Source: an uncultured Acidimicrobiales bacterium
GTDB taxonomy: Bacteria; Actinomycetota; Acidimicrobiia; Acidimicrobiales; Aldehydirespiratoraceae
Direction: 5' to 3'
DNA length: 64,000 nt
NCBI GenBank assembly: GCA_905480195.1
Contig: CAJQPN010000001.1
Location: 145,132 to 209,131 of the forward strand
Shown here: piece after piece, positions 25,800 through 35,914 of the stretch
Layout of the letters: each line of letters begins with the position of its first letter
How positions within the stretch are numbered: position 1 is the stretch's first letter
Made by a program: the position numbers and the translations under genes
The notes under the pieces: model-generated
What the model was told of the DNA's origin: nothing
The model's input: only the letters and a program-made list of their open reading frames with translations
The model's database searches: none

Positions 25800-27230
25800 A
25801 TGGCGCGCCGACCGAACATCGTCCTCATCAATTGCGATGACCTCGGCTACGGCGACCTCGGCTGCTACGGCTCAGCGGTGCACGACACGCCGCGAATTGA
25901 TCAACTCGCCGCCGAGGGCACCCGCCTGCTCTCGTTCTACATGGGGTCTCCGGTCTGCACACCGTCACGCGGGGCGATGCTCACCGGCTCATACCCGGCC
26001 AGGATCGGATTCGACGACTTTGACGGACTCCACGTGCTCTTCCCCGGAAGCGCCTGCGGTCTCTCCCCGTCGGAGCACACCATTGCATCGGTTCTGAGGG
26101 ACGCTGGGTACGCGACCGAGATCGTCGGCAAGTGGCACTGCGGAGATCAGCCCGAGTTCCTCCCCACCAACCACGGCTTCGATCGGTGGTTTGGGCTGCC
26201 GTACAGCAACGACATGGGCATCCAGCAGGGCCCAAACCTGATCGAGGAACAGGGTGAACAGCTGATCGCCGCCGGCTACACCCTGCCGCCGGTCATCCCG
26301 TACCCGCCACTCCCGCTCATGAACAGCGACGAGGTCGTCGAGACCCAACCCGATCAGACGATGCTGACCCGGCGGTACGTCGAACGGTCGATCGAGTTCA
26401 TCCGAGAAAACACCGATCAGCCCTTCTTCTTGTACTTCGCGCACATGCACGTGCACCTCCCGCTCTACGTCGAAGACACCTTCCACGAAGGATCGCGCAA
26501 CGGCCCATACGGCGCCGCCGTGCACGCGATCGACTGGGCGACAGGTGTGCTCATGGACGAACTCGAAAACCAGGGTCTCGCCGACAACACGATCGTCGTC
26601 TTCACCAGCGACAACGGGGCCCTCTGCCGGCCCGGCGAAGGAAGCAACGGCCCGCTCCGGGGGAAGAAGGGGCGCACGAGCGACGGAGGGATCCGCGTAC
26701 CCGGCATCGTGCGGTGGCCGGGCACCGTCCCAGCCGGAGCCGAGTGCGACGAACTCCTCACCGCCATGGACCTGCTCCCGACCCTGGCGGGTTGGGCAGG
26801 CACGGCGGTGCCCGACGACACGATCATCGACGGACGCGACATTGGTGAGGTCCTGACCAGAGGTGCTGCGTCCCCTCACGAGACCTTCGCCTACTACAAC
26901 GGCACGCTGCTCGAGGCTGTGCGCGACGACCGCTACAAGCTTCGCCTGGTCCGCCGTTCGGGCCGTGAGCTCACGATCATCGCCGAACTCTTCGACCTCC
27001 GTGCCGACATCGGTGAGACCACCGACGTCGCAGGGGAGCATCCCGATGTAGTCGAACGACTCCAGGGAGCGGCCGAAGCATTCCGAACCGAACTCGGCGA
27101 CGGTGTCCTCGGGGTGAAGGGAAGCGGGTGCCGACCGTCCGGCCGGGTCGACGATGCACGCCCGCTGGTGCTTCTCGGCGACCACCACCCGATGGTGCTC
27201 GCCGAGTACGACCTCAGCGACCGGGGCTGA
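25800..27230 (+). CDS. Arylsulfatase-family sulfatase
   Basis: 476 aa. 'NIVLINCDDLGYGDLG' and the formylglycine motif 'CTPSRGAMLTG'. No obvious signal peptide. Confidence 0.9.
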   Translation: MARRPNIVLINCDDLGYGDLGCYGSAVHDTPRIDQLAAEGTRLLSFYMGSPVCTPSRGAMLTGSYPARIGFDDFDGLHVLFPGSACGLSPSEHTIASVLRDAGYATEIVGKWHCGDQPEFLPTNHGFDRWFGLPYSNDMGIQQGPNLIEEQGEQLIAAGYTLPPVIPYPPLPLMNSDEVVETQPDQTMLTRRYVERSIEFIRENTDQPFFLYFAHMHVHLPLYVEDTFHEGSRNGPYGAAVHAIDWATGVLMDELENQGLADNTIVVFTSDNGALCRPGEGSNGPLRGKKGRTSDGGIRVPGIVRWPGTVPAGAECDELLTAMDLLPTLAGWAGTAVPDDTIIDGRDIGEVLTRGAASPHETFAYYNGTLLEAVRDDRYKLRLVRRSGRELTIIAELFDLRADIGETTDVAGEHPDVVERLQGAAEAFRTELGDGVLGVKGSGCRPSGRVDDARPLVLLGDHHPMVLAEYDLSDRG

Positions 27231-27279
27231 CCACCGACACCGAGCCAGTGTCACGCGCCCTGCGTACGATCAGACACAG

Positions 27280-30200
27280 ATGACTATCGACGTCACGACG
27301 ACCTCCTACGGCAGCCCCGCCCACGAAGCACTCGCCGCCGCGATCGACCGGCACAAAGCCACCGATCGACTCGCGCCGGTGTCGGTCATCGTGTCGTCGA
27401 ACCAGGTCGGCATCGCCGCCCGCCGCGCCCTCGGACGCCGCCGAGGGGTCGCTGCGGTCACGTTCCTCACGCCTTACCGGCTTGCGGAACTCCTTGGCGC
27501 AGGAGCCGTCGCCGCCAGCGGTCGTCGCCCCGTCTCCACACCCGTTCTGGCCGGGGCGGTTCGGGCTGTCCTGGCCGACGAACCCGGCCACTTCGCAGGG
27601 GTCGAACAGCACCCGACAACCGAACGGGCCCTCGTGCGGGTCCATCGCGCCTTGTCGGAGGTCGGCCCGACCGGCCTCGACCGGCTCGCAACCCAGTCCG
27701 CCCGTACGGCCGACGTCGTGCGAATCCATCGGGCCGTCAGCCGCCGGATCCGCAGCAGCTTCTCTGACGAACAAGATCTCGTCGAGGCTGCGGTTGCGGC
27801 CATCCCATCAACGCCACCAATCCTTCGCGATCTCGGTCCGACCATCGTGTTTCTGCCCCAGCGCCTCTCATCGAACCAGGCCCGCCTGCTCGCCGTGCTC
27901 GGCGAGCACCACCCGGTCACGATGATCGCTGGCATCACCGGCGACACCGACGCCGACGCTGCGGTGCACCGATCTGCAGAGATGGTCGGCGGTGCCTGGC
28001 CAAATACTGCGGCGCCACCTGCGGCCGTTCCGACCCGGGCACTGAGCGTGTCCGATGCCGACGACGAGGTTCGGCACGCCGTTCGACAGGTCGTCGACGC
28101 TGCTCGATCCGGTACACCGCTCGCCCGCATCGCGATCCTCTACGGCAGCCGCGAACCCTACGCCCGACTGATCGGTGACGCCCTCGCCGCAGCTGAGATC
28201 GACTGGTTCGGAACCTCCGTACGTACCGCCGACACCTCGCTGCTCGGCCGGTCGCTGCTGGCCTTGCTCGCACTCCCCGACCACAACCTCTCCCGTCACG
28301 ACGTCGCTGCTTGGCTCGCCGGCGCGCCGATCCGAGGAGTCGACAACCGTCCTGCACCAGTAGCGGCATGGGAGCGCGCCTCCCGCGCTGCCGGCGTCGT
28401 CGCCGGACTCGAACAGTGGCAGAACCGACTCTCCCGTCTGGCAGACGATCTCGAGACCGATGCCACCAACGCCGAACGCGACACCGAACTCGAATGGCGT
28501 GCGGTTCGGCTGCGCAGCGACGCCGAGTCGGCCCGCACCCTTGCCGACTTCGTCACCGGCCTCGACACGGCACTCAAACCCGGCGGCCGGGGTCAAACAT
28601 GGTCGGGGCTCGCCGCCTGGTGCCGATCGCTCGTACGCATGTATCTCGGTGGCGAGAGCTTGCGAACCGACTGGCCGGTCGAAGAGCAGGCCGCAGCGCA
28701 ACGCATCGATGCGGCGATCGACAGACTCGGCGACCTCGACGGCGTCGACCCCGATCCCTCACCCGTCGCGTTTCGCCGAGCGCTCGAGCTTCAGCTGGCA
28801 GACGACCTCGGTCGGCACGGCACGTTCGGCAACGGGATTCTCGTCGGCCCGGTGTCGCTCGGGCTGGGCGTCGAGCTTGACGAAGTGGTCGTCGTCGGAA
28901 TGGCTGAGGGATCGTTCCCGACCCGACGCCGCAACGATCCGCTACTCCCCGATCGCGTTCGCGCCATCATCGGCCCCGACCTTCCACAACGCGCCGATCT
29001 GGTGCACGACGACCACCGAGCGCTGCTCGCCGTCGTCGCCGCAGCCGGCCGCACGACCTATACGTTCCCCCGAGGCGATCTTCGTCGAAACGCAGAGCGT
29101 TCGCCTTCACGCTGGCTCCTCGATGCCACCGAGCACCACGACGGCGTGCGTCCATCGGCCGAGGATCTCGATGCACTCACGGGTGAATGGCTGCGTGAGG
29201 TGCCGTCGTTCGTCGCCGGTCTTCGGCGCAGCGAGTTCCCCGCCACGATCACCGAGTACGACCTGCGATCACTGCTCGATCACGTTGAGGCCGGCAATCC
29301 ATTCGCGCTCGAGCTCGTTCCATCCGACCGATCGGCCGTTCGGCACGGTGCCGAACTCCTCACCGCTCGGCTGTCCGCCGCCTACACCCGATTCGACGGC
29401 AATCTCGCGACCGACGGTGATCTGCGAGGTGTCACGATCCCCCACCCCGGTGTCCGAGGACACATCACATCCGCAACCCGGCTCGAGACCTGGGCGAGCT
29501 GCCCTCATGCGTACTTCGTCCGTCACGTCCTGGGCGTGGTGCCCGTAGAGGACCCCGAAGAGCAGTACCGCATCTCGCCACTCGTGCGAGGTTCCCTCGT
29601 GCATGACACGCTCGATCGGTGGATCGCAGAGGCGATGGCCGACGACACCGTCCCCGAGCCCGGTCAGACATGGCCACAGGGCCACCTCGATCGTCTCCAC
29701 GAGATCGCCGACGAGGAAGCAGGACGGCTCGAGCGGCGCGGCCTGGTTGGACGACGCGTCTACTGGGGCCGCGACCAGCAGGTCATCCACCGCGATCTCG
29801 AAGCCTTTGCTCGCTTCGATGACAACCAGCGAGCAGCTCACGGAAGTACACCGATCGCCACCGAGCTGCCGTTCGGGATGCCCGGCTCGACCACGCCACC
29901 CATCGAGGTTGTGCTGCCCGGCGGCAACTCGATCACGGTCCGCGGTGCCATCGACCGTGTCGACCGCACCTCCGGCGACGGCTTGATCGTCATCGACTAC
30001 AAGACGGGGTCGCAGCGCGGCTACGACGGCCTCAGCCCCGAGGACCCGACGCCGGGCGGTACCCACCTGCAGCTCGTGCTGTACGCCCTTGCGGCTCGCT
30101 CGATCCTCGGCATGCACCGGAGCGCCGAGCGCGGCACCTACTGGTTCGTCACCGACCGAGGAGGCTTCGAAGCGGTCGGCTACGACGTCGACCCGAAGGT

Positions 30201-30423
30201 CGAGGCGACGGCACTCACCACAGTCGGGCGCATCGTCGAGGGCATCGCTGCCGGCCATTTCCCAGCCCGTCCTGCCAAACCGACGACTCGGACTTGGGTC
30301 GACTGCGTTTTCTGCGAGCCCGACGGCCTCGGGCTTGCTCATCAGTACGCAGATTGGCGCCGCAAGCACACACACCCGGCCCTGGCCGACTACGTCGATC
30401 TGCGCGGAGACGACCGTGGCTGA
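27280..30423 (+). CDS. AddB/RexB-like helicase-nuclease subunit (PD-(D/E)XK nuclease family)
   Basis: ORF 27154..30423(+). Start set at the ATG at 27280 ('MTIDVTTTSYGSP'). C-terminal RecB-type nuclease motifs 'GAIDRVDR...LIVIDYKTG...LQLVLYA' are flanked by Cys residues ('WASCPHAYF', 'VDCVFCEP'). I found no GKT/GKS Walker A. Paired with the downstream UvrD-type gene. Confidence 0.8.
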   Translation: MTIDVTTTSYGSPAHEALAAAIDRHKATDRLAPVSVIVSSNQVGIAARRALGRRRGVAAVTFLTPYRLAELLGAGAVAASGRRPVSTPVLAGAVRAVLADEPGHFAGVEQHPTTERALVRVHRALSEVGPTGLDRLATQSARTADVVRIHRAVSRRIRSSFSDEQDLVEAAVAAIPSTPPILRDLGPTIVFLPQRLSSNQARLLAVLGEHHPVTMIAGITGDTDADAAVHRSAEMVGGAWPNTAAPPAAVPTRALSVSDADDEVRHAVRQVVDAARSGTPLARIAILYGSREPYARLIGDALAAAEIDWFGTSVRTADTSLLGRSLLALLALPDHNLSRHDVAAWLAGAPIRGVDNRPAPVAAWERASRAAGVVAGLEQWQNRLSRLADDLETDATNAERDTELEWRAVRLRSDAESARTLADFVTGLDTALKPGGRGQTWSGLAAWCRSLVRMYLGGESLRTDWPVEEQAAAQRIDAAIDRLGDLDGVDPDPSPVAFRRALELQLADDLGRHGTFGNGILVGPVSLGLGVELDEVVVVGMAEGSFPTRRRNDPLLPDRVRAIIGPDLPQRADLVHDDHRALLAVVAAAGRTTYTFPRGDLRRNAERSPSRWLLDATEHHDGVRPSAEDLDALTGEWLREVPSFVAGLRRSEFPATITEYDLRSLLDHVEAGNPFALELVPSDRSAVRHGAELLTARLSAAYTRFDGNLATDGDLRGVTIPHPGVRGHITSATRLETWASCPHAYFVRHVLGVVPVEDPEEQYRISPLVRGSLVHDTLDRWIAEAMADDTVPEPGQTWPQGHLDRLHEIADEEAGRLERRGLVGRRVYWGRDQQVIHRDLEAFARFDDNQRAAHGSTPIATELPFGMPGSTTPPIEVVLPGGNSITVRGAIDRVDRTSGDGLIVIDYKTGSQRGYDGLSPEDPTPGGTHLQLVLYALAARSILGMHRSAERGTYWFVTDRGGFEAVGYDVDPKVEATALTTVGRIVEGIAAGHFPARPAKPTTRTWVDCVFCEPDGLGLAHQYADWRRKHTHPALADYVDLRGDDRG

Positions 30424-33400
30424 CCACTCCACTGTCGACCAGGCGGCACGCGATCGCATCCGCAACGAGCGTGACCGGACTCTCTTCGTCGAGGCCGGCG
30501 CGGGTTCGGGCAAGACCCGAGCGCTCGTCGACCGGGTAGAGGCGCTCGTGATCGACGATGCCATCCCTCTTGAGAACATCGCCGCCATCACGTTCACCGA
30601 GAAGGCGGCTGCCGAGCTCCGCGATCGCGTACGGCAACGATTCGAGACCCACGTTGCCGATCCCGCACAGCCAGCCGTCGCAGATACCGCACGGGTGGCC
30701 CTCAACCAGCTCGACGGCGCCCCGATTGGCACCCTTCACAGCTTCGCCCAGCGCATCCTCACTGAACACCCTGTAGAAGCCGGTCTCCCACCCGGAGTCG
30801 ATGTGCTCGACGAGATCGGATCTCAGATCGATTTCGAGCAGCGCTGGCGAGTGTTCCTCGACGAACTGCTTGACGATGAATCGATGGCTCACACCCTGCT
30901 CGTGCTTGAGGGTGCAGGGGTTCGTCTGGAGGCGCTGCGGACCCTCGCCCTCCAGATGGCTGCCAACTGGGACCTCGTAGAAGAGCGGCTCGACTTCGAG
31001 GCTCCGGCTCCCGGCTCGTTCCCCCGGGGCGAGCTCCTGCGGGTGTTCGATGATGTCGAGGCCTACGCCGACGGCTGCGACAACCCTGACGACAAGTTGC
31101 TCGCCCGCTTTCCCGACCTGCGTCACCATCGAGCCCTCATCGCCGAAGCACTCGACGACATTGAGGCGATCGAGCTCGCATGCGAGATGGGCGATCACCG
31201 TCGCGCTCGCCGTGCGATCCGGGTTGGCAACGTTGGGAACAAAGACAACTGGCACACCGACATCGCCGACGTTCGGAACGCCTTCGCCGAACTTCGGGTC
31301 GCCTGCGACCGGGCCGTTTCGTCGGTCACCACCGCAGCGCTTGCGCACGTCGCTGCTCGCATCGGTCACTTCGTGCTCGGGGCGGCCGAGAAACGATGCG
31401 ATATCGGTCGACTCGAATTCCATGATCTGCTCGTTCGGGCCCGTCGCCTCCTTCGCAGCCAAGACCACGGTCCCGAGGTCCGGGCGGCGTTGGCCGAGCG
31501 CTACCCCCGCCTCCTCCTCGACGAGTTCCAAGACACCGATCCGATCCAGATCGAACTGGCGACGTTGATCGCCACGAACGACCCCGACGTGAGCGACAAG
31601 GACTGGACCGACCTCACGGTCCGTCCGGGCTCGCTGTTCTTCGTGGGCGACCCCAAGCAGTCGATCTACCGATTCCGGCGAGCCGACATCGGCGTATTCC
31701 TGACCGTGCGCGATCGGGTCACCGATCGTCCGGCGCTCACGGTGAACTTCCGAACCACCGCTCCCATTATCGAGTGGGTCAACCACGTGTTTGGGCAACT
31801 GATCCAGTTCGACCCGGATAGCCAACCCGAGTACGTCGCGCTCTCGGCCCATCGCACCGACACCGCCCCCTCCGGGCAAGCGGTCGCCGTGCTCGGTACC
31901 GACCCGATACCCGAGAAGCTGACAGCTGACGAACTGCGGGCTCGGGAGTCTCGCGATGTCGCAGCGGCGATCACCACGATGCTCGACGAGCGAGCACCTT
32001 GGCAGGTCGACGACCGGGGCATCTGGCGCGACGCACGGGCGAGCGACATCTGCATCCTGCTCCCCGCCCGCACCACGCTTCCGTCGCTCGAGTCAGCGCT
32101 CACCGCCGCCGGCGTGCCGTATCGGGCCGAGACTTCGTCGCTCGTCTATGCAACCCGAGAGGTCCGCGAGCTCCTGCTCACGCTGACGGCGGTCGCCGAC
32201 CCCACCGATGAACTCGCCACCGTCGCCGCCCTACGTTCGTTCATCTACGGCTGTGGCGACGACGACCTCGCTCATTGGCGCCTCGGGCTGCGGGGCCGTT
32301 TCACTCTTCGCCACTCGATCGCCGAGGAGACCGCCGATCATCCCGTTGCCGCCGGCCTCCGTCATATGCAACAGCTCCACGATGCTCGTCTGTGGTCCAC
32401 ACCAGCCGAGCTACTCGACCGCCTCGTACGCGAGCGCGGCGTTCTCGAATCAGCCGTGGCGACTGGCTCCCCACGTGACATCTGGCGACGGCTTCGCTTC
32501 GTCGTCGATCAGGCGCGAGCGTGGGTTGATGCCGGCGGGACCGACCTTCGGGCCTACCTCCAGTGGGCGCGCATGCAAGGCGCGGACAACGCCCGTGTCT
32601 CCGAAACCGTGCTGCCCGAGACCGATGACGACAGCGTTCGGATCATGACGATCCACGGCGCCAAAGGCCTCGAGTTCCCGATTGCCGTGCTCGCCGGTAT
32701 GACCACCCAAAGCAACAACTCAGCCCGGGGCCCATCGATCAGTTTTCCCCCGACAGGAGAGGTGGCCCTCCGCCTCTCTGCCGATGTGACGTCTGCGGGC
32801 TACGACGCGTGGGCTCCCATCGATGAGCAGATGGCCGAACATGAGCGTCTGCGTTTGCTGTACGTCGCTGCGACCCGCGCCCGCGACCATCTCGTCGTCT
32901 GCCTTCACCGCCACGACTCCGAGACTCGCACCGGTGCCAGCATCCTGGCTGAGCACGCACTCACCACCGCAGTGTCACAGCCGCTTGAGCCATCGGGAGG
33001 AACCCGCCGTCGCCCCGTCCCGGTCATACCGACTCCGATACCTCCGCGCCACGAATGGCTCGCAACAAGGGCCGATGCACTTGCGCGGGCATCGGCGCGA
33101 TCGGTCGTGGCAGCCACCACCTTGGCGCGAGAAGCGGCCAAAGCCACCGACCCGGGCCTCGACAAGCGAGCGCGAGATCTTGATCTGCCGCCATGGCAGA
33201 AGGGCCGCTACGGAACGGCCGTCGGGCGCGCCGTTCACGGAGTGCTTCAGGTCGTCGACCTCGCCACCGGCGAAGGACTCGAGGCTGCGGCCGCAGCACA
33301 GGCCGCCTCAGAAGGTGTCGCCAACCGCACGGAGGTCATTGCGGCTCTCGCCCGACAAGCCGTCGAATCCAAGGTCGCACGCGAGGCGAGCAGCGGAGAG

Positions 33401-33766
33401 TTTTGGCGCGAACTCTGGGTCGCAGCACCGGTCGGTGACCATCTGATCGAGGGTTACGTCGACCTGCTCTATCGAAGCCCTGATGGCCTTGTGATCGTCG
33501 ACTGGAAGACCGACCATGTGGAGGGCGACGACCACGTCCAGGCGAAACTGGCGAGATATCGACTGCAGGGAGCCAGCTACGCCGCAGCGGTCGAAGCCGC
33601 CACCGGCGAAGTGGTCCGGCGCGTGGTCTTTGCGTTCTTGAACGAGGCGGGGGTGCTCGAAGCCGAGCTGACCGACTTGGCGGCCGCCGTCGCAGAGGTT
33701 CAGGAGCGCGCAGCCGAACTCGCCGAGGCATCAGCGACGATCGAGACGCTCGCCCAACTCCGCTGA
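30416..33766 (+). CDS. AddA/AdnB-like UvrD-family helicase with C-terminal PD-(D/E)XK nuclease
   Basis: ORF 30089..33766(+). Start set at the GTG at 30416 ('VADHSTVDQAARDRI'), overlapping the upstream stop by 8 nt. Walker A 'EAGAGSGKT', 'LLDEFQDTD' (motif II), 'IMTIHGAKGLEF'. C-terminal nuclease 'EGYVDLLY...LVIVDWKTD'. Confidence 0.9.
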   Translation: MADHSTVDQAARDRIRNERDRTLFVEAGAGSGKTRALVDRVEALVIDDAIPLENIAAITFTEKAAAELRDRVRQRFETHVADPAQPAVADTARVALNQLDGAPIGTLHSFAQRILTEHPVEAGLPPGVDVLDEIGSQIDFEQRWRVFLDELLDDESMAHTLLVLEGAGVRLEALRTLALQMAANWDLVEERLDFEAPAPGSFPRGELLRVFDDVEAYADGCDNPDDKLLARFPDLRHHRALIAEALDDIEAIELACEMGDHRRARRAIRVGNVGNKDNWHTDIADVRNAFAELRVACDRAVSSVTTAALAHVAARIGHFVLGAAEKRCDIGRLEFHDLLVRARRLLRSQDHGPEVRAALAERYPRLLLDEFQDTDPIQIELATLIATNDPDVSDKDWTDLTVRPGSLFFVGDPKQSIYRFRRADIGVFLTVRDRVTDRPALTVNFRTTAPIIEWVNHVFGQLIQFDPDSQPEYVALSAHRTDTAPSGQAVAVLGTDPIPEKLTADELRARESRDVAAAITTMLDERAPWQVDDRGIWRDARASDICILLPARTTLPSLESALTAAGVPYRAETSSLVYATREVRELLLTLTAVADPTDELATVAALRSFIYGCGDDDLAHWRLGLRGRFTLRHSIAEETADHPVAAGLRHMQQLHDARLWSTPAELLDRLVRERGVLESAVATGSPRDIWRRLRFVVDQARAWVDAGGTDLRAYLQWARMQGADNARVSETVLPETDDDSVRIMTIHGAKGLEFPIAVLAGMTTQSNNSARGPSISFPPTGEVALRLSADVTSAGYDAWAPIDEQMAEHERLRLLYVAATRARDHLVVCLHRHDSETRTGASILAEHALTTAVSQPLEPSGGTRRRPVPVIPTPIPPRHEWLATRADALARASARSVVAATTLAREAAKATDPGLDKRARDLDLPPWQKGRYGTAVGRAVHGVLQVVDLATGEGLEAAAAAQAASEGVANRTEVIAALARQAVESKVAREASSGEFWRELWVAAPVGDHLIEGYVDLLYRSPDGLVIVDWKTDHVEGDDHVQAKLARYRLQGASYAAAVEAATGEVVRRVVFAFLNEAGVLEAELTDLAAAVAEVQERAAELAEASATIETLAQLR

Positions 33767-34237
33767 CAGCCGAACGAGCCCAGCCCCGACCTCGACTCGC
33801 TCGGCCTCGTCGAGGTCACCGATTTCGAGGTCGAAGGCATCGAGCACCAACTGCAGAGCGCCAACCGTGAGCTCACGACCATCGTGGCTCAGTTCCACGA
33901 GCGACCGGCGACCATCGCCCGGGTCGATCACCCGTTTGACCATTCCCCGGTCCTCGAGCCGTCGGATCGTCTTCGTCGTGCCGCCGGTTGTCTGCACCAG
34001 CGCATCGGAGATCTCACCCGCCGACAACCGCTGCGATTCACCCCGAAGGTAGAGCGCCATCAGGGCCGTGAACTCACTGGTGTCGAGACCATCGGCCGCG
34101 AGCGTCGATGACAGCCACGCCTCGAGCAAGCGCCCGGTCCGCAAGACGGCAACGAGAACGCCGATGGTCGAACGATGGCCCTCACCCAGGTGCGGAGCCA
34201 GTGAGCCGAGAAGATCGGGCTCGTCAGCGTCGGCCAT
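33731..34237 (-). CDS. MarR-family transcriptional regulator
   Basis: 168 aa. wHTH 'LSAGEISDALVQTTGGTTKTIRRLEDRGMVKRVIDPGDGRRSLVELS'. The 3' end overlaps the 3' end of the convergent helicase gene by 36 nt. Confidence 0.85.
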   Translation of the reverse strand: MADADEPDLLGSLAPHLGEGHRSTIGVLVAVLRTGRLLEAWLSSTLAADGLDTSEFTALMALYLRGESQRLSAGEISDALVQTTGGTTKTIRRLEDRGMVKRVIDPGDGRRSLVELSHDGRELTVGALQLVLDAFDLEIGDLDEAERVEVGAGLVRLSAELGERLDRR

Positions 34238-34295
34238 CCGCCGAGCGTAGCCCTCGATGCTTCGCTCGTCGGTGGCGACCCACTAGAACGATCAT

Positions 34296-34625
34296 ATGCG
34301 TCTTGCGTTGTACGGGATTCTCCGCCCGGGGGGCAGCCACCACCACGAAGTCCGATCGATCCCGGGTTCGTGGACCACAGGCACCGTGCCCGGCTGGACT
34401 TATCAGATCACCTGGGGTCCTGCGGAAGGTTACGACGGGATCAGTTTGAGCCCCGACGGCCCTCCCGTTGCGGTCGACATCCTCGAATCGGATGAACTCG
34501 GCGGGCATCTCTCTCGACTCGACGATTTTGAGGGGCCGGGCTACCGCCGCACGACCGTGGCCGCGACCCTCGCCGACGGCTCGGTGGTCGACGTCGAGAT
34601 CTACGAAGCCGACCCCGAAGCCTGA
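34296..34625 (+). CDS. Gamma-glutamylcyclotransferase (AIG2/GGACT-like) family protein
   Basis: 109 aa. N-terminal 'LALYGILRPGG' (YGxL-type motif) and size typical for the family. Divergent from marR. Confidence 0.6.
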   Translation: MRLALYGILRPGGSHHHEVRSIPGSWTTGTVPGWTYQITWGPAEGYDGISLSPDGPPVAVDILESDELGGHLSRLDDFEGPGYRRTTVAATLADGSVVDVEIYEADPEA

Positions 34626-34627
34626 TT

Positions 34628-34667
34628 GGCCGAGTTTGCGGTCTCGGCCCAGCGGTCACACTGACCG
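34628..34667. terminator. Two adjacent hairpins between convergent genes
   Basis: GGCCGAG-tttgcggt-CTCGGCC (34628-34649) and CGGTCA-cac-TGACCG (34653-34667), in the 48-nt gap between the GGCT-like gene and the MFS gene. No U-tract. Confidence 0.4.
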
Positions 34668-34673
34668 TTCGGT

Positions 34674-35897
34674 TCAGGCGTCAACCGATGCATCACTCCT
34701 CGGCTCGTCGTCGGCTGGCAGGAACCAGGAAGAGATAGCGCCGAGCAGGGCCACACCAGCAGCGACCATGAAGACCATGGTGAACGAACCGCGCCAATCG
34801 GCGATCGCGCCCCCGATCTGGGGTGAGACCGCCTGGGCGAGCCCGAACGCCAACGTCGTCGCGGAGAACACCGGCCCGAACGACTGCTCGTCGGCATACG
34901 CCACGACATGAGCGATGATCGCCGCAGGGATACCGCTGAACATGATGCCGACGAACACTGCGGCAATCAGTGCCAGCGGGAACGACCCGGTGAGGAACAC
35001 GAGCGATGCAACCGCCCACGACACGAAGGCGATCATCATCATCCGTCGCCGCCCGACCCGATCGGACAGCGAGCCGACGGTCAGCCCACCGAAGACAATG
35101 GCCACCCCGATGACGCTGAAGACGAGCGCAGCTCGATCAGGCGACCAGTCGGCGTCGTCCTCGAGACGGGCGACCACGAAACTGATCACGAGGATGTACG
35201 AGAAGCCGTAAGCCGAGTAGGCGAATGTCAACGGCTTCCAGCCCTCGATCCGCCGCAGCGCTCCGAAACCTCCGAAGCCACCTGCGGTCGAGGGCCGCTC
35301 ACCCTGCGATCGCAGGCCGACCAGTGCTGCGGCGAGCACACAGACTGCGATTGCAAGCTCGATGCGATACAGGGTCTGCCAGACTGCTGCGTCGCCGCCG
35401 CGCAACATCGACGCAACTCGACCGGCGAAGACAATGCCGAGGCCGATACCGACCCCGGCGAGGCCGGTGGCGAAGCCACGACGTTGTGGAGGGAACTCCC
35501 GGGCTGTGATTCCGGGTACCGGGACCCAGATGATTGCGCCACCGAGGCCCATCAGGACAAGCGCCACCGCCAAGACGACCGGCTCGGTCGTGAACGATGC
35601 CAGGGCGAGTCCCGACGTCGAGCAGGTCAGGCCGATCTTCACGAGACCGACCAACGTCGATCGCGACGCCAACCAGGCGACGACGACCGTCCCGACGAGG
35701 TACCCCGAGACGTTCAGGGTGCCAAAGAGTCCCGCTGCCGTGTTGGAGCCCTCGAGGAGGTCGTCACGGGCCTCCGGGAGGACCACACCCCACGTGAATC
35801 GGCCGAATGCTTGCGCGACCATCGCAGCCGACAACGCGACGACGATGGTGAAGAGTCGTCGCTGGGTGGAGGACATCCGGCGACCGTATCGCCGCAC
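34674..35897 (-). CDS. MFS transporter
   Basis: 407 aa with ~12 hydrophobic segments and Gly/Ala-rich helices. Start is ambiguous between 35897 and the in-frame ATG at 35876. Confidence 0.85.
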   Translation of the reverse strand: MRRYGRRMSSTQRRLFTIVVALSAAMVAQAFGRFTWGVVLPEARDDLLEGSNTAAGLFGTLNVSGYLVGTVVVAWLASRSTLVGLVKIGLTCSTSGLALASFTTEPVVLAVALVLMGLGGAIIWVPVPGITAREFPPQRRGFATGLAGVGIGLGIVFAGRVASMLRGGDAAVWQTLYRIELAIAVCVLAAALVGLRSQGERPSTAGGFGGFGALRRIEGWKPLTFAYSAYGFSYILVISFVVARLEDDADWSPDRAALVFSVIGVAIVFGGLTVGSLSDRVGRRRMMMIAFVSWAVASLVFLTGSFPLALIAAVFVGIMFSGIPAAIIAHVVAYADEQSFGPVFSATTLAFGLAQAVSPQIGGAIADWRGSFTMVFMVAAGVALLGAISSWFLPADDEPRSDASVDA

Positions 35898-35914
35898 GCA
35901 GCCGTCGACCCAGA

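Noticed and set aside
30215-31879. 554-aa ORF on the minus strand
   Set aside because: Antisense to the UvrD-type helicase gene (Walker A and motif II are in the plus frame). Shadow ORF.
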